This document shows, in pieces, positions 41,157 to 51,379 of a DNA stretch of 64,000 nt. The stretch lies in assembly GCA_050633245.1 (NCBI GenBank), contig JBOEGD010000020.1, positions 205,710 through 269,709 on the forward strand, given 5' to 3'. Each line of letters begins with the position of its first letter. Position 1 is the stretch's first letter. Both the position numbers and the translations under genes were made by a program. The DNA comes from Calditrichia bacterium. GTDB taxonomy: Bacteria > Calditrichota > Calditrichia > RBG-13-44-9 > J075. The notes beneath the pieces are model-generated. The model had not been told where the DNA came from, searched no databases, and saw nothing but the letters and a program-made list of their open reading frames with translations.

Positions 41157-41732
41157 ATGTTAAACGTTAAAAATTTTGAAGACCAGAATACTTTAGAGCG
41201 CATTCGTGCGAACGATCGCACTGTTCTGGGTGAGCTGTTTCTTCAGCTGGAAAAGCTGGTCTTCAGCTATGTAATGACCCATGGAGGAAAGCAAGAAGAT
41301 GCAGATGATGTATTGCAGGAATCTATTGTGGTACTCTGGCAAAAAGCAGTGGATCCCGAATTTGTACTTACATCGCGTTTAAGTACGTACGTTATGGCTA
41401 TTGCAAAAAATAAATGGCGGGCAGAGTCTCGCAAAAAAGGTCGGTCGAATGGACAACTTCCAGATGATTTGCTGGCCGAGGAAAATAGTCTGTTGGATAA
41501 TATGATGCACAATGAACAGCTTGATCGAGTTCGCCGTGGGCTGGACAGAATTCACGCGGACTGTAAGCAATTGCTGATGCTGTTTTATTTCGAAGAGCGT
41601 CCGCTAAAAGAAATTGCGGGGATAATGAAGTTTGCAAATCCGGACGTAGCGAAGTCCAAGAAATATCAGTGTAAAAAGGCACTGGAGAAAGCCGTAAAGA
41701 CGTACGTGACGGAAACCGAAAGGAAGAATTAA
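41157..41732 (+). CDS. ECF-type RNA polymerase sigma factor
   Basis: DADDVLQE, STYVMAIAKNKW, LFYFEERPLKEIA...KSKKYQCKK. Confidence 0.9.
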   Translation: MLNVKNFEDQNTLERIRANDRTVLGELFLQLEKLVFSYVMTHGGKQEDADDVLQESIVVLWQKAVDPEFVLTSRLSTYVMAIAKNKWRAESRKKGRSNGQLPDDLLAEENSLLDNMMHNEQLDRVRRGLDRIHADCKQLLMLFYFEERPLKEIAGIMKFANPDVAKSKKYQCKKALEKAVKTYVTETERKN

Positions 41733-43033
41733 TGGACCGTCAATTTATTTTAGAGAATAATATTGTTGAAAAATATTTACTTGGTCGGCTTTCAGATACG
41801 CTGAAGCTTGACTATGAAAGGCACCTTGCCGATTCCGCAGAAAGTCGCGAAGAGTTAGAACAGCAACGAATGCTGATTGGTGGATTACGTCAGATTGGTC
41901 GCGATGAAATGAAGGCGGAAATCCGTCGACAAACTGAGGCCGCCCGAGCAGCTCAAGCCATGCGCGAGCAACAACAGGCATCCGACTTTAGTTGGGGCAT
42001 GCTGCTGCGCGTTGCCGCCATTTTGTTTATTGCGGTAGCAGCTCCGAGTTTGTACTACTTCACGCAGTCACAAACGCAGAATGAGCAAATGGCTGCTAAG
42101 TTTGATACCGAAACAGAAGAAAGCCTTGTTCCTGCAGACGTTGCCACAGCCGACTCTGTGTTTGCTAAGATGGCTGATAAAAAGACCGAGCGTCGACGTG
42201 AAGTTCAGGCGAAGCCAGGTAGAACTGCAAAGCTGAAAAATGAGACCTCGGTACCCGAATCAGAAGTGGTTTCTCAAAATCAACCGGTTGTCTCTGGTGA
42301 AGCTCGACAAAGTGATGCCCTTGCTCCACCGGCACCTTCGACGCTGTCGTCTGGCAGTGGGGCACGTGCACCAGCAGAGCTGGATGCTGTTTCGTCAATA
42401 GCTACTGCGGATGATGAAAGTGAACCGGAAGGCTTTGTTGCCGAGGACAGAGTCGCTGATCTGGTTGCAGAAGAGGAACCGGCAATTCGGTCGAGGGCAA
42501 ATGTCGAGGCAGCTGAACTTCAGGAAAAACCAACAAAAGCTATGGCAGAAGCTTCGAATGATCAGACCTTCGGACGCTCGCAAAGCAATGCACAAATTTT
42601 TAGCTACTCACCAGCTTCTGGAAAGCTGTACTCCAGGAAGCGTCACGATAAACTGTTTCAGAATTCAATTGAATACAAGTCGCAGGAAAAAGAGAATTTT
42701 GCTTTGCCGCAGTTTAACTTTAGTTCAGGAGATGAAATAATTCGGGTAGAATTCAAGTTACACGAAAAGCTAGCCAAGGCTAAGGACGCTTATCGTAGGT
42801 CAAAAGCTATTTCCCGGTCTGCTGTCGAAGGATTCGCTGTAACCATTGCCGGAACAAAAACCGGAGATGTACTGATGCAGTGGGCGGTCGAAAAGGCTTT
42901 TTTTGATTATCCGCTGGAAGATATAAAGCTGATAAAGCTGGCACCGGAAAAACTGAAGGTGGTCATTCAGGATAGTATTATTTATAACATTAATATGTCT
43001 GAAGATTCTACCCGAGCGGTAAAGGAAAAATAA
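41732..43033 (+). CDS. Putative anti-sigma factor (N-domain, one TM, low-complexity linker, C-domain)
   Basis: Translationally coupled (TAATG) to the sigma gene; EKYLLGRLS...YE N-domain; LRVAAILFIAV TM. Confidence 0.75.
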   Translation: MDRQFILENNIVEKYLLGRLSDTLKLDYERHLADSAESREELEQQRMLIGGLRQIGRDEMKAEIRRQTEAARAAQAMREQQQASDFSWGMLLRVAAILFIAVAAPSLYYFTQSQTQNEQMAAKFDTETEESLVPADVATADSVFAKMADKKTERRREVQAKPGRTAKLKNETSVPESEVVSQNQPVVSGEARQSDALAPPAPSTLSSGSGARAPAELDAVSSIATADDESEPEGFVAEDRVADLVAEEEPAIRSRANVEAAELQEKPTKAMAEASNDQTFGRSQSNAQIFSYSPASGKLYSRKRHDKLFQNSIEYKSQEKENFALPQFNFSSGDEIIRVEFKLHEKLAKAKDAYRRSKAISRSAVEGFAVTIAGTKTGDVLMQWAVEKAFFDYPLEDIKLIKLAPEKLKVVIQDSIIYNINMSEDSTRAVKEK

Positions 43034-43103
43034 CGAGGAAATCCGGGTCAAGCCGCACGCACAACCCGGATTCTCCCCCGATTCTGCAATAAGCAGAAGT
43101 TTA

Positions 43104-44657
43104 TCAATTTTTATCTTTTAGAATAATGACCTTCTCTTCACCTGCCTGAATACTAAACTCCACCGGATCATAGTTCCCTTGCCAACCCGAGACAGTATAG
43201 GTGCCGGGTATTAACGGTTGAATTTTGCCGGATTCCTGATAGTGTCTCCGCTTATCAATCGTGTTTCTAACAAAGCACCGTTTGTCCTTTACCCGATTTC
43301 CACTGCTATCCTGATAGTGAAATGTTACGTAACCAACCGGTACGCTGAAGGTGTGTTGTTGCACCGGGCGATCATCAAAAACAACGCCTCTTACTGTATA
43401 TGGACAAAGTTTATGTGGTAAAATTACGTCATAAACACCGGGGCGAATCGTTTCCGGATTGAAGATGTGAACGCGATATTTTTTCACACCGTCCTGCCAC
43501 AGCTCGGCATTTTCGCGTAAATGGATCTTCGTTTCTGCCGTTTCAAAGCGAATAGACACCTTAACTGTTTTTGACATGCCAAAAACGATTTCTTTTGATT
43601 CTCCGGCATTAAACGATTCACTCACCGTTAAGGTATTGGCTGAGTTCGGCGAAGTGCGAAACTCATAGCTGCCTTCATCAAGAAAAACTTCATCTTTCCA
43701 GCGGAATCTGAAAACCTCTTGTCCCTCTTTCCAGGCATAAACGAGAGAGCCGCGGACATTTTCTCCTCGATCTATAAATTTTGTTTTAACAGATGGTGGT
43801 CGCGGTACTGTTACTTCAATTAGGGTCTCTCCCTTTTTCCCAACTTCTATATTCTGAGTAACCGCCTTGTAGATAGTACCATTCTTCGTGCGAACGCCAA
43901 TGGTTAATTGGTAAATACCTGCTTCTACCGCACTTCGATGGCGGCTGCTTACTTCATACTTTATCTCGCCATTCTGCTGTAGCGTGCCTTCCGGCCAAAG
44001 ACGCTCACCAGCAGCATCCCAGCCGACAATCCTTAAGCGGGTGCTGCTGGTTTCTGTGTGGATGTCCTGCAGGCCAGCTGCCAATTCTTCAGCAGAGTTA
44101 GCATCGCGGTATTCCGTTCCTGCGGCATTGGCTAAACATTTCATAGCATCTTTCGATTTCTCATCCAGCCCAAGACCGACAACATGTACGGCGATTTTAA
44201 TATTCTTCTTTCGCCACAGTGCCAGTAAACCGCATGGATCTTCGTCGCATGTTTCAATCCCATCACTTATCAGGATAATGCTGCCCTGTCGATCGCCAAA
44301 GTCTTTCAAGGCTGCTTTAAGGCTACGTGTAATCGGTGTTTTTCCAGTTGGATTAATAGTGCTCAGAAAAGATTGAACCTCTTTTCTAAACGTTTCGGGT
44401 TTGCTCCACGGAATAACCAGCTCGGTATCGCTGCAGTCGGCCTTGCGATTATGTCCGTACGCGCGCAGCGCCAAATCCTGACCGGCAAAGTTGCTCTTTA
44501 CAAAGTTCTTCAAGACAGATTGTGCGGCTGCAACTTTATGTTCACCGTCCGGCAGTGTTTGCCACATCGATCCAGAGCCGTCAAAAATGATGTAAACATC
44601 GTTTTCGCCAGCGAACATTGACAGCGTGAGCATCAGTAGCAGAAGTAGTTGTTTCAT
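43104..44657 (-). CDS. Secreted VWA domain protein
   Basis: Signal peptide; DGSGSM MIDAS, GKTPI, LISDGIETC..DPC. Confidence 0.88.
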   Translation of the reverse strand: MKQLLLLLMLTLSMFAGENDVYIIFDGSGSMWQTLPDGEHKVAAAQSVLKNFVKSNFAGQDLALRAYGHNRKADCSDTELVIPWSKPETFRKEVQSFLSTINPTGKTPITRSLKAALKDFGDRQGSIILISDGIETCDEDPCGLLALWRKKNIKIAVHVVGLGLDEKSKDAMKCLANAAGTEYRDANSAEELAAGLQDIHTETSSTRLRIVGWDAAGERLWPEGTLQQNGEIKYEVSSRHRSAVEAGIYQLTIGVRTKNGTIYKAVTQNIEVGKKGETLIEVTVPRPPSVKTKFIDRGENVRGSLVYAWKEGQEVFRFRWKDEVFLDEGSYEFRTSPNSANTLTVSESFNAGESKEIVFGMSKTVKVSIRFETAETKIHLRENAELWQDGVKKYRVHIFNPETIRPGVYDVILPHKLCPYTVRGVVFDDRPVQQHTFSVPVGYVTFHYQDSSGNRVKDKRCFVRNTIDKRRHYQESGKIQPLIPGTYTVSGWQGNYDPVEFSIQAGEEKVIILKDKN

Positions 44658-44696
44658 ACGATTTCCTATTCGTGAAGCGTTTCATCTTTTGCTGGT

Positions 44697-45407
44697 TTAC
44701 TTCTTTGGAGCCTTGAACTTCTCCATAAGCTGTTCCAGGTTTTGCAGGTCCATAGCCTCCTGTGGCTCAACATCATCGGGGATCTCAAACTTCTCTCCCG
44801 GAACGTTAGCGTTCATTTCGACCTTTATAGCCGTTTGAATAATACGTAGCTCTTGAGGGCCGGCTTCTGTTTTCAGTGGAATACCTTTCCAAAGCCAAAT
44901 CCTGCTAAGCATTTGCGGCACATCCCAAATTTCACAGGGTTTGCCGGCAATGGTTTCGTTTCCAACTTTCTTCCCGTTCATTTGTTTTATAAACTGCATG
45001 CCGACTTCTTCCAAGTCACCATCTTTGGCATGTTTCTTCATACCGTCCCACATCGGAGTTTTAATGCGTGAGAGTCGACCGGTATGATAATCGTAGGAAT
45101 AGGTAGAGTCACCCTTGAGTAAGGTCATCGTTTTTTGTTTTTGCATAAAGCCAGCTATGCCGACTTCAATGTCCAGATATTTGGCTTCCAACATTCCCCA
45201 GTTTATAAAATACAATTTTTCCGTACCCGTTTGGGTTTTTCCGCTGAACTCGTATTCAACAATGCCCGTTTCGAATCCGTATCGTTTGAAGTTATCATCA
45301 GAAGCAAATTTTAGTGTCTCTGAATTGCTCTCTTCTGTTTCACTCTGATTGCACATTAGAAAAGAAAAGGCAATTAGTGGGATCATTATTATGAGTCGTT
45401 TTTTCAT
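44697..45407 (-). CDS. Hypothetical lipoprotein (DUF4412-like)
   Basis: Lipobox-like FLMC; GNETIAGKPCEIW...WLWKGIPLK...FEIP; GGAG RBS before ATG 45407. Confidence 0.7.
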   Translation of the reverse strand: MKKRLIIMIPLIAFSFLMCNQSETEESNSETLKFASDDNFKRYGFETGIVEYEFSGKTQTGTEKLYFINWGMLEAKYLDIEVGIAGFMQKQKTMTLLKGDSTYSYDYHTGRLSRIKTPMWDGMKKHAKDGDLEEVGMQFIKQMNGKKVGNETIAGKPCEIWDVPQMLSRIWLWKGIPLKTEAGPQELRIIQTAIKVEMNANVPGEKFEIPDDVEPQEAMDLQNLEQLMEKFKAPKK

Positions 45408-45432
45408 TACTCGCTCCAATTTGTTGTGCCGT

Positions 45433-46542
45433 TTATTTTAGCAAAATCGCCTTGCGCATGGTTTGTTGACTTCCAGCCTGAAGGCGATAGAAATACACGC
45501 CGCTTGGTAATGACTCGGCATTCCAGTCTACGCTGTAGACACCGGATGACATTTGCTCGTTTAGAAGTGTTTCGACCCGCTGGCCGATTTGATTATAGAT
45601 GCTTAGCTGAACCAGCTCTGACTTTGGTAATGAAAAACGAATTGTGGTGGTTGGATTAAAGGGATTCGGATAGTTCTGTTCGAGTTGAAATCCTTGTGCC
45701 AGATTATCTTCCCGCGATAAATCTTCGATCCCTGTTGTAACACCTGTGATAACACTGAACCCTGTTGCATCTGTAAAGTTTGGGTTACTTTCGCCGTCCT
45801 GGCTTTGGGCATAAGCAATTTCCAGGAACTCGCCATTCACCCAGCGATAAATGTAGTAGGTTTCGAAACCAAAAGAGATTGGAATGCCGTTTACGATGGT
45901 TTGGCTGCGCGAAAAAAGTCGCTCTTGAAATCGCAGGCATGGATAGCTGCCGAGAGCAGTGACAATTGTTCCCCAGCCATCAACTATCGTTACGCAGGAA
46001 TCGGTATCAATTGTTGCAAAGCTGGGATAATCGCCGGAAGTGTCGGAGGTGACGCTTGTCCAGGTCGTGTTAAACGTAATTGGCAGTGGTGAAGCGACTA
46101 CCGGATTTCGTTCAACGATTGTGGAATCGAACGGAGGAGGAAGAATCGTGCCGCTTCCCAATTCTGTCCAAACGGTTTGCTCAACATCAAAATAGAGATA
46201 CCCTTCGAATCCAGCCGTGCTCATCTCGCTATATTTAGCTGCGAGGTTGGCATCGGTAAATGCTGTGTCAAACGGTGTGCCCTGCGGCTCGAGATATTCT
46301 GACATGGTTACAAAAGGAGTGGGTATAACCTGGTTACTAAAATCCCAGGTTTGATTTGCTCCGGGCTGGCCGACATCGATATTAAAACTGAATCGGTCAT
46401 CATTTGCCGTGACGATCGTTTTGCCTTTAATGCTCATAAGATCGCCTGAAGTAATTTGTGGCTGTGCAATGCTGTTTAAACTAAAAAGCGTCATAATCAA
46501 AAAAGCTGTAAGCAATTCGAGTGGTAAAGTTCTGCATTTCAT
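45433..46542 (-). CDS. Secreted protein with T9SS-type C-terminal sorting domain (paralog of 53598-54704)
   Basis: Signal peptide from ATG 46542 (AAGGA RBS); GANQTWDFS; DGWGTIVT; QNYPNPFNP...SGVYFYRL tail. Confidence 0.85.
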   Translation of the reverse strand: MKCRTLPLELLTAFLIMTLFSLNSIAQPQITSGDLMSIKGKTIVTANDDRFSFNIDVGQPGANQTWDFSNQVIPTPFVTMSEYLEPQGTPFDTAFTDANLAAKYSEMSTAGFEGYLYFDVEQTVWTELGSGTILPPPFDSTIVERNPVVASPLPITFNTTWTSVTSDTSGDYPSFATIDTDSCVTIVDGWGTIVTALGSYPCLRFQERLFSRSQTIVNGIPISFGFETYYIYRWVNGEFLEIAYAQSQDGESNPNFTDATGFSVITGVTTGIEDLSREDNLAQGFQLEQNYPNPFNPTTTIRFSLPKSELVQLSIYNQIGQRVETLLNEQMSSGVYSVDWNAESLPSGVYFYRLQAGSQQTMRKAILLK

Positions 46543-46617
46543 AGGACGTTTCCTTTCATAAAAAGACCAGGTGTTTGTGAATGATTGGTTAAACGTCCAG
46601 ATTTTTATGTCAAATGT

Positions 46618-46639
46618 AAATACCGGGATCGCGGTATTT
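46618..46639. promoter_or_regulatory. Palindromic operator, copy 1 (putative LuxR/NarL-type site)
   Basis: AAATACCG-GGATCG-CGGTATTT; near-identical copy at 49878-49897. Confidence 0.6.
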
Positions 46640-46813
46640 TGCAGTGAATCGAGCAAACGAATCGTTGATTTATTTGGCATAATGCTCGTCCGGTGCTATC
46701 TTTTAGCAAAACCGCACGCACCAGACATAATTTTCTTACTCACATCAGGCTGCCCCCAATCGGTCTTCAGGTAACCGCAGGTACCGAAACAGGGATACGT
46801 TAAGGGAGACACA

Positions 46814-49800
46814 ATGGACTGGCGACTTACCAATCGATTTATTTTCATTCTGACCTTTGTTGCACTTCTAATGCAAATGGGCTTTGCACAACCTGTAGAT
46901 CCCGGGCGTCCTTACATTCAAAACTTTGATTACAAAACCTATGCTGCTCACCAGGAAAATTGGTCCATCGTACAGGACAGGCGCGGCGTCATTTATGTTG
47001 GCAATAATTGGGGCATTCTGGAATATGACGGCGCGTCCTGGCGGCTCATCACGACAGAGAAAAATGTTGCTGCCCTGTCTCTGGATATCGACAGCAGCGG
47101 AACCGTTTGGGTTGGTCTTGAAAGCGAGATGGGTTATCTGACCCCAGATAGTGCTGGCAATACGCAATTCGTTTCGATCAAATCTCATTTACCCGAAGAA
47201 GAGCAAGATTTTAGCCAGGTCTGGAAAGTGCATGCTACTCCGGAAGGTATTTATTTTCTGACAATAAAAAAACTACTTTTATGGGATGGAAAGACGTTGC
47301 GTAGCAATCCTGTGGTGATTAGCTCGCTTTCTACCAAGGCGCGTGACGTGATGTATTTTGTTGAATATGAAAAAGGCATTGTTCAGGTAGAGGACTGTAA
47401 AACGCATATTGTTCCCGGAACGGAGTCCATCAAAAATGAAGAAAATCAGATTTTACTTCCCTATGGCTCGGTCGACTCTCTGCTAATTGTTACCAAAAAT
47501 AGTGGCCTTTTTCTCTATGATGGTCTACAGGTCGCTCCATTCAACACGCCGGTTAATGATTGGCTAAAACAGAACTTTCCTTATAGTGCGCTGCGTACCA
47601 TAAGTGGGGAGTATGTAATTGGCACAATCCGCGGTGGAGCCTTGGTGATGGACAAGAATGGCGAACGCCTGATGGTATTGGATCGCAATGCCGGTTTGCG
47701 AGATCAAACGATTGTCTCGGTTACTGAGGATCAAGAGGGCTCGATTTGGTTGGCTCTGACAAACGGATTAGCCCGTTTCGAGCCACAAACACCTTTTAAG
47801 CGTTATGATGCCGCGAATGGAATCGAAAGCGCCGTATTCGATATCAAACGACATAAAGGGATTGTATACGCGGGCACGCAGTTGGGGGCATTCTACCTTG
47901 ATGCGGAAGCCGAGAATTCGGAAGAAGGCCTTTCCAAAGCGTTTAAACCAATTTCGGAGATCTCTACCTATACCTATATCCTGCAAGAAGAAGACGGCAT
48001 TCTTTTAGCCGGCACCGATCGCGGTGTTTATGAAATCGATGGAGCGAATGCAAAGCGTGTGGAGGCGCGCTGGCCGCGAGTATATGATTTTCATCGTGGT
48101 GTGAAAAATCCGGAACGAGTGTACGTCGCACTATTGAATGGCTTGAGCATTATGCTCAAAGAAAAGGGACACTGGGAGCATTACCGGAGAGTGCAGCAGC
48201 TGGACGAAGAGATTATTGCTATTGCTGGTGACGAAAATGATTTACTTTGGCTGGGCACGCCGTCAAGTGGCGTTTTGCAGGTAACCGTTGAACCGCCTTC
48301 GGAGGCTAATGAAAATTTTTACGTTGCGCGCCATAAGCGATATGGCGAAGAACATGGACTGCCATCAGGGCGCATTGAGCCGGAAAATTTACCGGGTAGA
48401 ATCGTCTTTTCTACTGCCGAAGGCATTTATTCTTTCGATGCAAAACTCGACTCTTTTATGCTTGCGGAGGGGTTTTTTCAGGGCTCGCATTCGTCCGGTG
48501 CCATTGCAGATATCGCTTCGGGTGCTGAAGGTACTACATGGATCACTGCAAATTCTCCGAGCGGAATCATTATAGCAGCTATAGGAAAAGATGGTGCTGT
48601 GCAAAATAAAACTGCACTACAGAGGTTAGCCGATCTGGGACAAATTCAAACCGTCTATCCAGAGGCCCTCGGCAAGGGAGTTTGGTTTGGTGGTGCGGAG
48701 GGAATCGCTCGCTTTTCCGGCGAAGAGGTAGCTGCGGGAGAAAGTGAGTTTTCGACATTGATTCGTGGTGTGCTGATAAACGGTGATTCGCTCGCCTATT
48801 CAGGGAATGGTGTAGCTGAGTTATCGCCACTCTCATATCAAAATAATGCACTACGCTTCGAGTATAGCGCCACGTCTTTTTTTGATCCCACTCAGCTACA
48901 GTTCCGCTACATGCTGGAAGGGTTTGATCCTGATTGGTCTGCGTGGAATCGCGAAACCCGGAAGGATTATACCAATCTCCCCGAAGGAGATTATGTCTTT
49001 CGCGTTGAAGGCAAGAACCTGTATGGCAAAACGGAGCAAAATGCCGGCTTTAGCTTTAGCATTTTGCCACCATGGTATCGCAGCTGGTGGGCTTATTTGC
49101 TATACGGCCTTGCGGCTATTGCCGGAATTATGATGCTGACTCGACTACAGACAAATCGCTACCGCGCAAAGGCTAGGGAAGCACTTCTTCGCGAGAAGGA
49201 ACGTGCGCGACTACAGGAAGCGACGCTACGTGCCGAGAATGCCGAAGCGCAGAAAGAGGTGGAGAAAGAACAGATCCGCAGTCGCATTGCCAGTGATCTG
49301 CACGATGAAATCGGCAGTAACCTAAGCAGCATCTCTGTAATCAGCCAGATGCTGCAAAAACGCGATACCATTGGCGAAAAGGAGCTGGATCGTCTGGAAA
49401 ATATCCAGCAGATATCTCAGCAAACCGCCAACTCAATGCGAGACATCGTGTGGTTTGTGAATCCGGTGAATGATCGCCTCGATCGATTGTTTGCAAAAAT
49501 GCGAGACACGGCGAATACCATGCTGGAGCAAATTGAGTTTCATTTCAGCCTGCAAGATTACGATTGGGCTCAGGAGACCGATTTAAATTTTCGGCGAAAT
49601 CTATTTCTTATTTATAAGGAAAGCCTGCAAAATATTGTTAAGCATGCCCGGGCGTCTCGTGCAGAGATTAACATCTCTCAAGAAGACGGCGTGTTCCATT
49701 TGAGCATCGCAGATGACGGTGTCGGCTTCAATCCTAACGAGAAGCACAATGGCAATGGGCTCAATAATTTTCAGACCCGTGCTCGTGAAATTGGAGCAGA

Positions 49801-49888
49801 TCTTTCGATCTCATCCAAACCTGGTTCCGGGACCACGCTTTTACTAAAAATTCCAATAAGTACATTCCTTACCGCCAAAATACCGTGA
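46814..49888 (+). CDS. Sensor histidine kinase (propeller + Y_Y_Y + HisKA_3 + HATPase)
   Basis: Propeller repeats, YTNLPEGDYVFRV, PPWYRSWWAY, RIASDLHDEIGS, ESLQNIVKHA, DDGVGF, GNGLNN. Confidence 0.93.
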   Translation: MDWRLTNRFIFILTFVALLMQMGFAQPVDPGRPYIQNFDYKTYAAHQENWSIVQDRRGVIYVGNNWGILEYDGASWRLITTEKNVAALSLDIDSSGTVWVGLESEMGYLTPDSAGNTQFVSIKSHLPEEEQDFSQVWKVHATPEGIYFLTIKKLLLWDGKTLRSNPVVISSLSTKARDVMYFVEYEKGIVQVEDCKTHIVPGTESIKNEENQILLPYGSVDSLLIVTKNSGLFLYDGLQVAPFNTPVNDWLKQNFPYSALRTISGEYVIGTIRGGALVMDKNGERLMVLDRNAGLRDQTIVSVTEDQEGSIWLALTNGLARFEPQTPFKRYDAANGIESAVFDIKRHKGIVYAGTQLGAFYLDAEAENSEEGLSKAFKPISEISTYTYILQEEDGILLAGTDRGVYEIDGANAKRVEARWPRVYDFHRGVKNPERVYVALLNGLSIMLKEKGHWEHYRRVQQLDEEIIAIAGDENDLLWLGTPSSGVLQVTVEPPSEANENFYVARHKRYGEEHGLPSGRIEPENLPGRIVFSTAEGIYSFDAKLDSFMLAEGFFQGSHSSGAIADIASGAEGTTWITANSPSGIIIAAIGKDGAVQNKTALQRLADLGQIQTVYPEALGKGVWFGGAEGIARFSGEEVAAGESEFSTLIRGVLINGDSLAYSGNGVAELSPLSYQNNALRFEYSATSFFDPTQLQFRYMLEGFDPDWSAWNRETRKDYTNLPEGDYVFRVEGKNLYGKTEQNAGFSFSILPPWYRSWWAYLLYGLAAIAGIMMLTRLQTNRYRAKAREALLREKERARLQEATLRAENAEAQKEVEKEQIRSRIASDLHDEIGSNLSSISVISQMLQKRDTIGEKELDRLENIQQISQQTANSMRDIVWFVNPVNDRLDRLFAKMRDTANTMLEQIEFHFSLQDYDWAQETDLNFRRNLFLIYKESLQNIVKHARASRAEINISQEDGVFHLSIADDGVGFNPNEKHNGNGLNNFQTRAREIGADLSISSKPGSGTTLLLKIPISTFLTAKIP

Positions 49889-49897
49889 TCGCGGTAT
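49878..49897. promoter_or_regulatory. Palindromic operator, copy 2 (upstream of the response regulator)
   Basis: AAATACCG-TGATCG-CGGTAT overlapping the kinase stop codon. Confidence 0.6.
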
Positions 49898-49959
49898 GGT
49901 GCTGAACAGAATCAGACCATACCTTTTTAGCAGACACTTAAACGAAGGAAGATGTAGCA

Positions 49960-50607
49960 ATGGCGGAAGATCGAATTAGCGTAATGATCATTGAAGACGA
50001 TCTCGTCTATCGCGAGTCGATGCAGGAGCTGATTAATGAGAGCACGCAGTTGCGTTGCGATCATGCATGTGAATCTTGCGAAGATGCGATTGAGTTGCTT
50101 GAGAAGGGTGAGGCGCCGGAAATCATTCTCTCAGACATCGATCTTCCCGGAATGAGTGGGGTCGAAGGTATTAAACAGTTCAAAGCACTATCGCCTGCTA
50201 CGCGGGTTATTATGCTTACGATTTTTGATGATGATGATAAAATTTTCAATGCGATATGCCAGGGGGCAGTTGGCTATTTGTTGAAGTCTTCGTCATCGGA
50301 AAACATTTCGCGTTATTTACTGGACGTGATGAACGGTGGTGCAGCAATGAGTCCGCATATCGCCGCTCGGGTTCTGAAAATGTTTACGCAATATTCCCAA
50401 CCACAGCAGAAGGAATACGGCTTAACAAAGCGCGAAAAAGAAATTTTGCAGCATCTCGTGAACGGTATGAGCAAGAAGCATATTGCCGACCACCTTTGCA
50501 TTAGTCTCTATACCGTCGACACCCACCTCAAAAATATCTACGCCAAGCTGCAAGTTCATTCGCAAATCGATGTCGTTGCCAAAGCGATTAAGGAACGATT
50601 GATTTAA
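49960..50607 (+). CDS. NarL/LuxR family response regulator
   Basis: IEDD...SDIDLPGMSG...GYLLK receiver; LTKREKEIL...TVDTHLKNIYAKL HTH. Confidence 0.95.
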   Translation: MAEDRISVMIIEDDLVYRESMQELINESTQLRCDHACESCEDAIELLEKGEAPEIILSDIDLPGMSGVEGIKQFKALSPATRVIMLTIFDDDDKIFNAICQGAVGYLLKSSSSENISRYLLDVMNGGAAMSPHIAARVLKMFTQYSQPQQKEYGLTKREKEILQHLVNGMSKKHIADHLCISLYTVDTHLKNIYAKLQVHSQIDVVAKAIKERLI

Positions 50608-50610
50608 GAG

Positions 50611-50639
50611 ACTGGAGCAGTATTCTAAACTGCTCCAGT
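50611..50639. repeat. REP-like palindrome, copy 1
   Basis: ACTGGAGCAGT-ATTCTAA-ACTGCTCCAGT; same arms recur at 53535-53563. Confidence 0.75.
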
Positions 50640-50705
50640 TTGATTTTTCGATCACCGCCAAACTTATTTTTATAATCAAGGATTTCTAAAGGAAAGGGAT
50701 TCCCT

Positions 50706-51293
50706 ATGTTCTCGAATTCTCTGAACACGTTTTCTTGTTCATTAGTTCTTTTTGTCGGATTGCTCTTTAGCAATTCACTCTTTGCACAATATCCAAAAGG
50801 TGCGGCCTTCGAAAAGCTGACGGCAAATATTACGGACCGCACACTATACGATGCGCTCGTGGATATTGTTAAAGACACCGCGCCTGACATTAAAAATCCC
50901 AGAAAGGTTAAAGTGCCGTGGATTGATCTGGTTGGCGCGTTATATGAATCGGCTTGGAATAATCTAATGGAAAGCCTTATTGACAAAGAGTTATGTAGCG
51001 CAGCAAAGAAATGGGATGGTGAGACAAAGGAATACATTGTTGTTACCTACAGCGTTTATCCGAAATTTTTCTCCGGAGATTATCGACAGGTAGAGGTGAT
51101 TTATGCTCTTGGTGTGGAAGACGGCAACATCGTGGCATATCCCATTCAGGAAACGGAGGAAGATGAGAATGGTGATACCGATTGGGAATATTACGAAGAA
51201 GATAAGTTGAAAAAAATGACCTGGGGTGCCCACCCGATTTATGGCGATTCGCGGGGAAACAGCGATCCGTGGGGAATAAATACGAGTCGTTAA
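50706..51293 (+). CDS. Hypothetical secreted protein
   Basis: AAGGGA RBS, signal peptide ending LFAQ, acidic patch; no recognisable family. Confidence 0.75.
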   Translation: MFSNSLNTFSCSLVLFVGLLFSNSLFAQYPKGAAFEKLTANITDRTLYDALVDIVKDTAPDIKNPRKVKVPWIDLVGALYESAWNNLMESLIDKELCSAAKKWDGETKEYIVVTYSVYPKFFSGDYRQVEVIYALGVEDGNIVAYPIQETEEDENGDTDWEYYEEDKLKKMTWGAHPIYGDSRGNSDPWGINTSR

Positions 51294-51298
51294 ATCTC

Positions 51299-51366
51299 TC
51301 ACAGTTCACAGTTCACTGTTCACTGTTCACTTTTTTAATCATAACTCATCATTCATCACTCATCAA
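51299..51366. repeat. Two short heptamer tandem arrays
   Basis: TCACAGT x2, TCACTGT x2, TCACTTT; then TCATAAC, TCATCAT, TCATCAC, TCATCAA. Confidence 0.8.
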
Positions 51367-51379
51367 TTGGACGGCCCAA

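Noticed and set aside
51269-51379. N-terminal extension of the YCF48-like ORF
   Set aside because: It translates the heptamer repeats and overlaps the upstream gene; the signal peptide begins at 51380.
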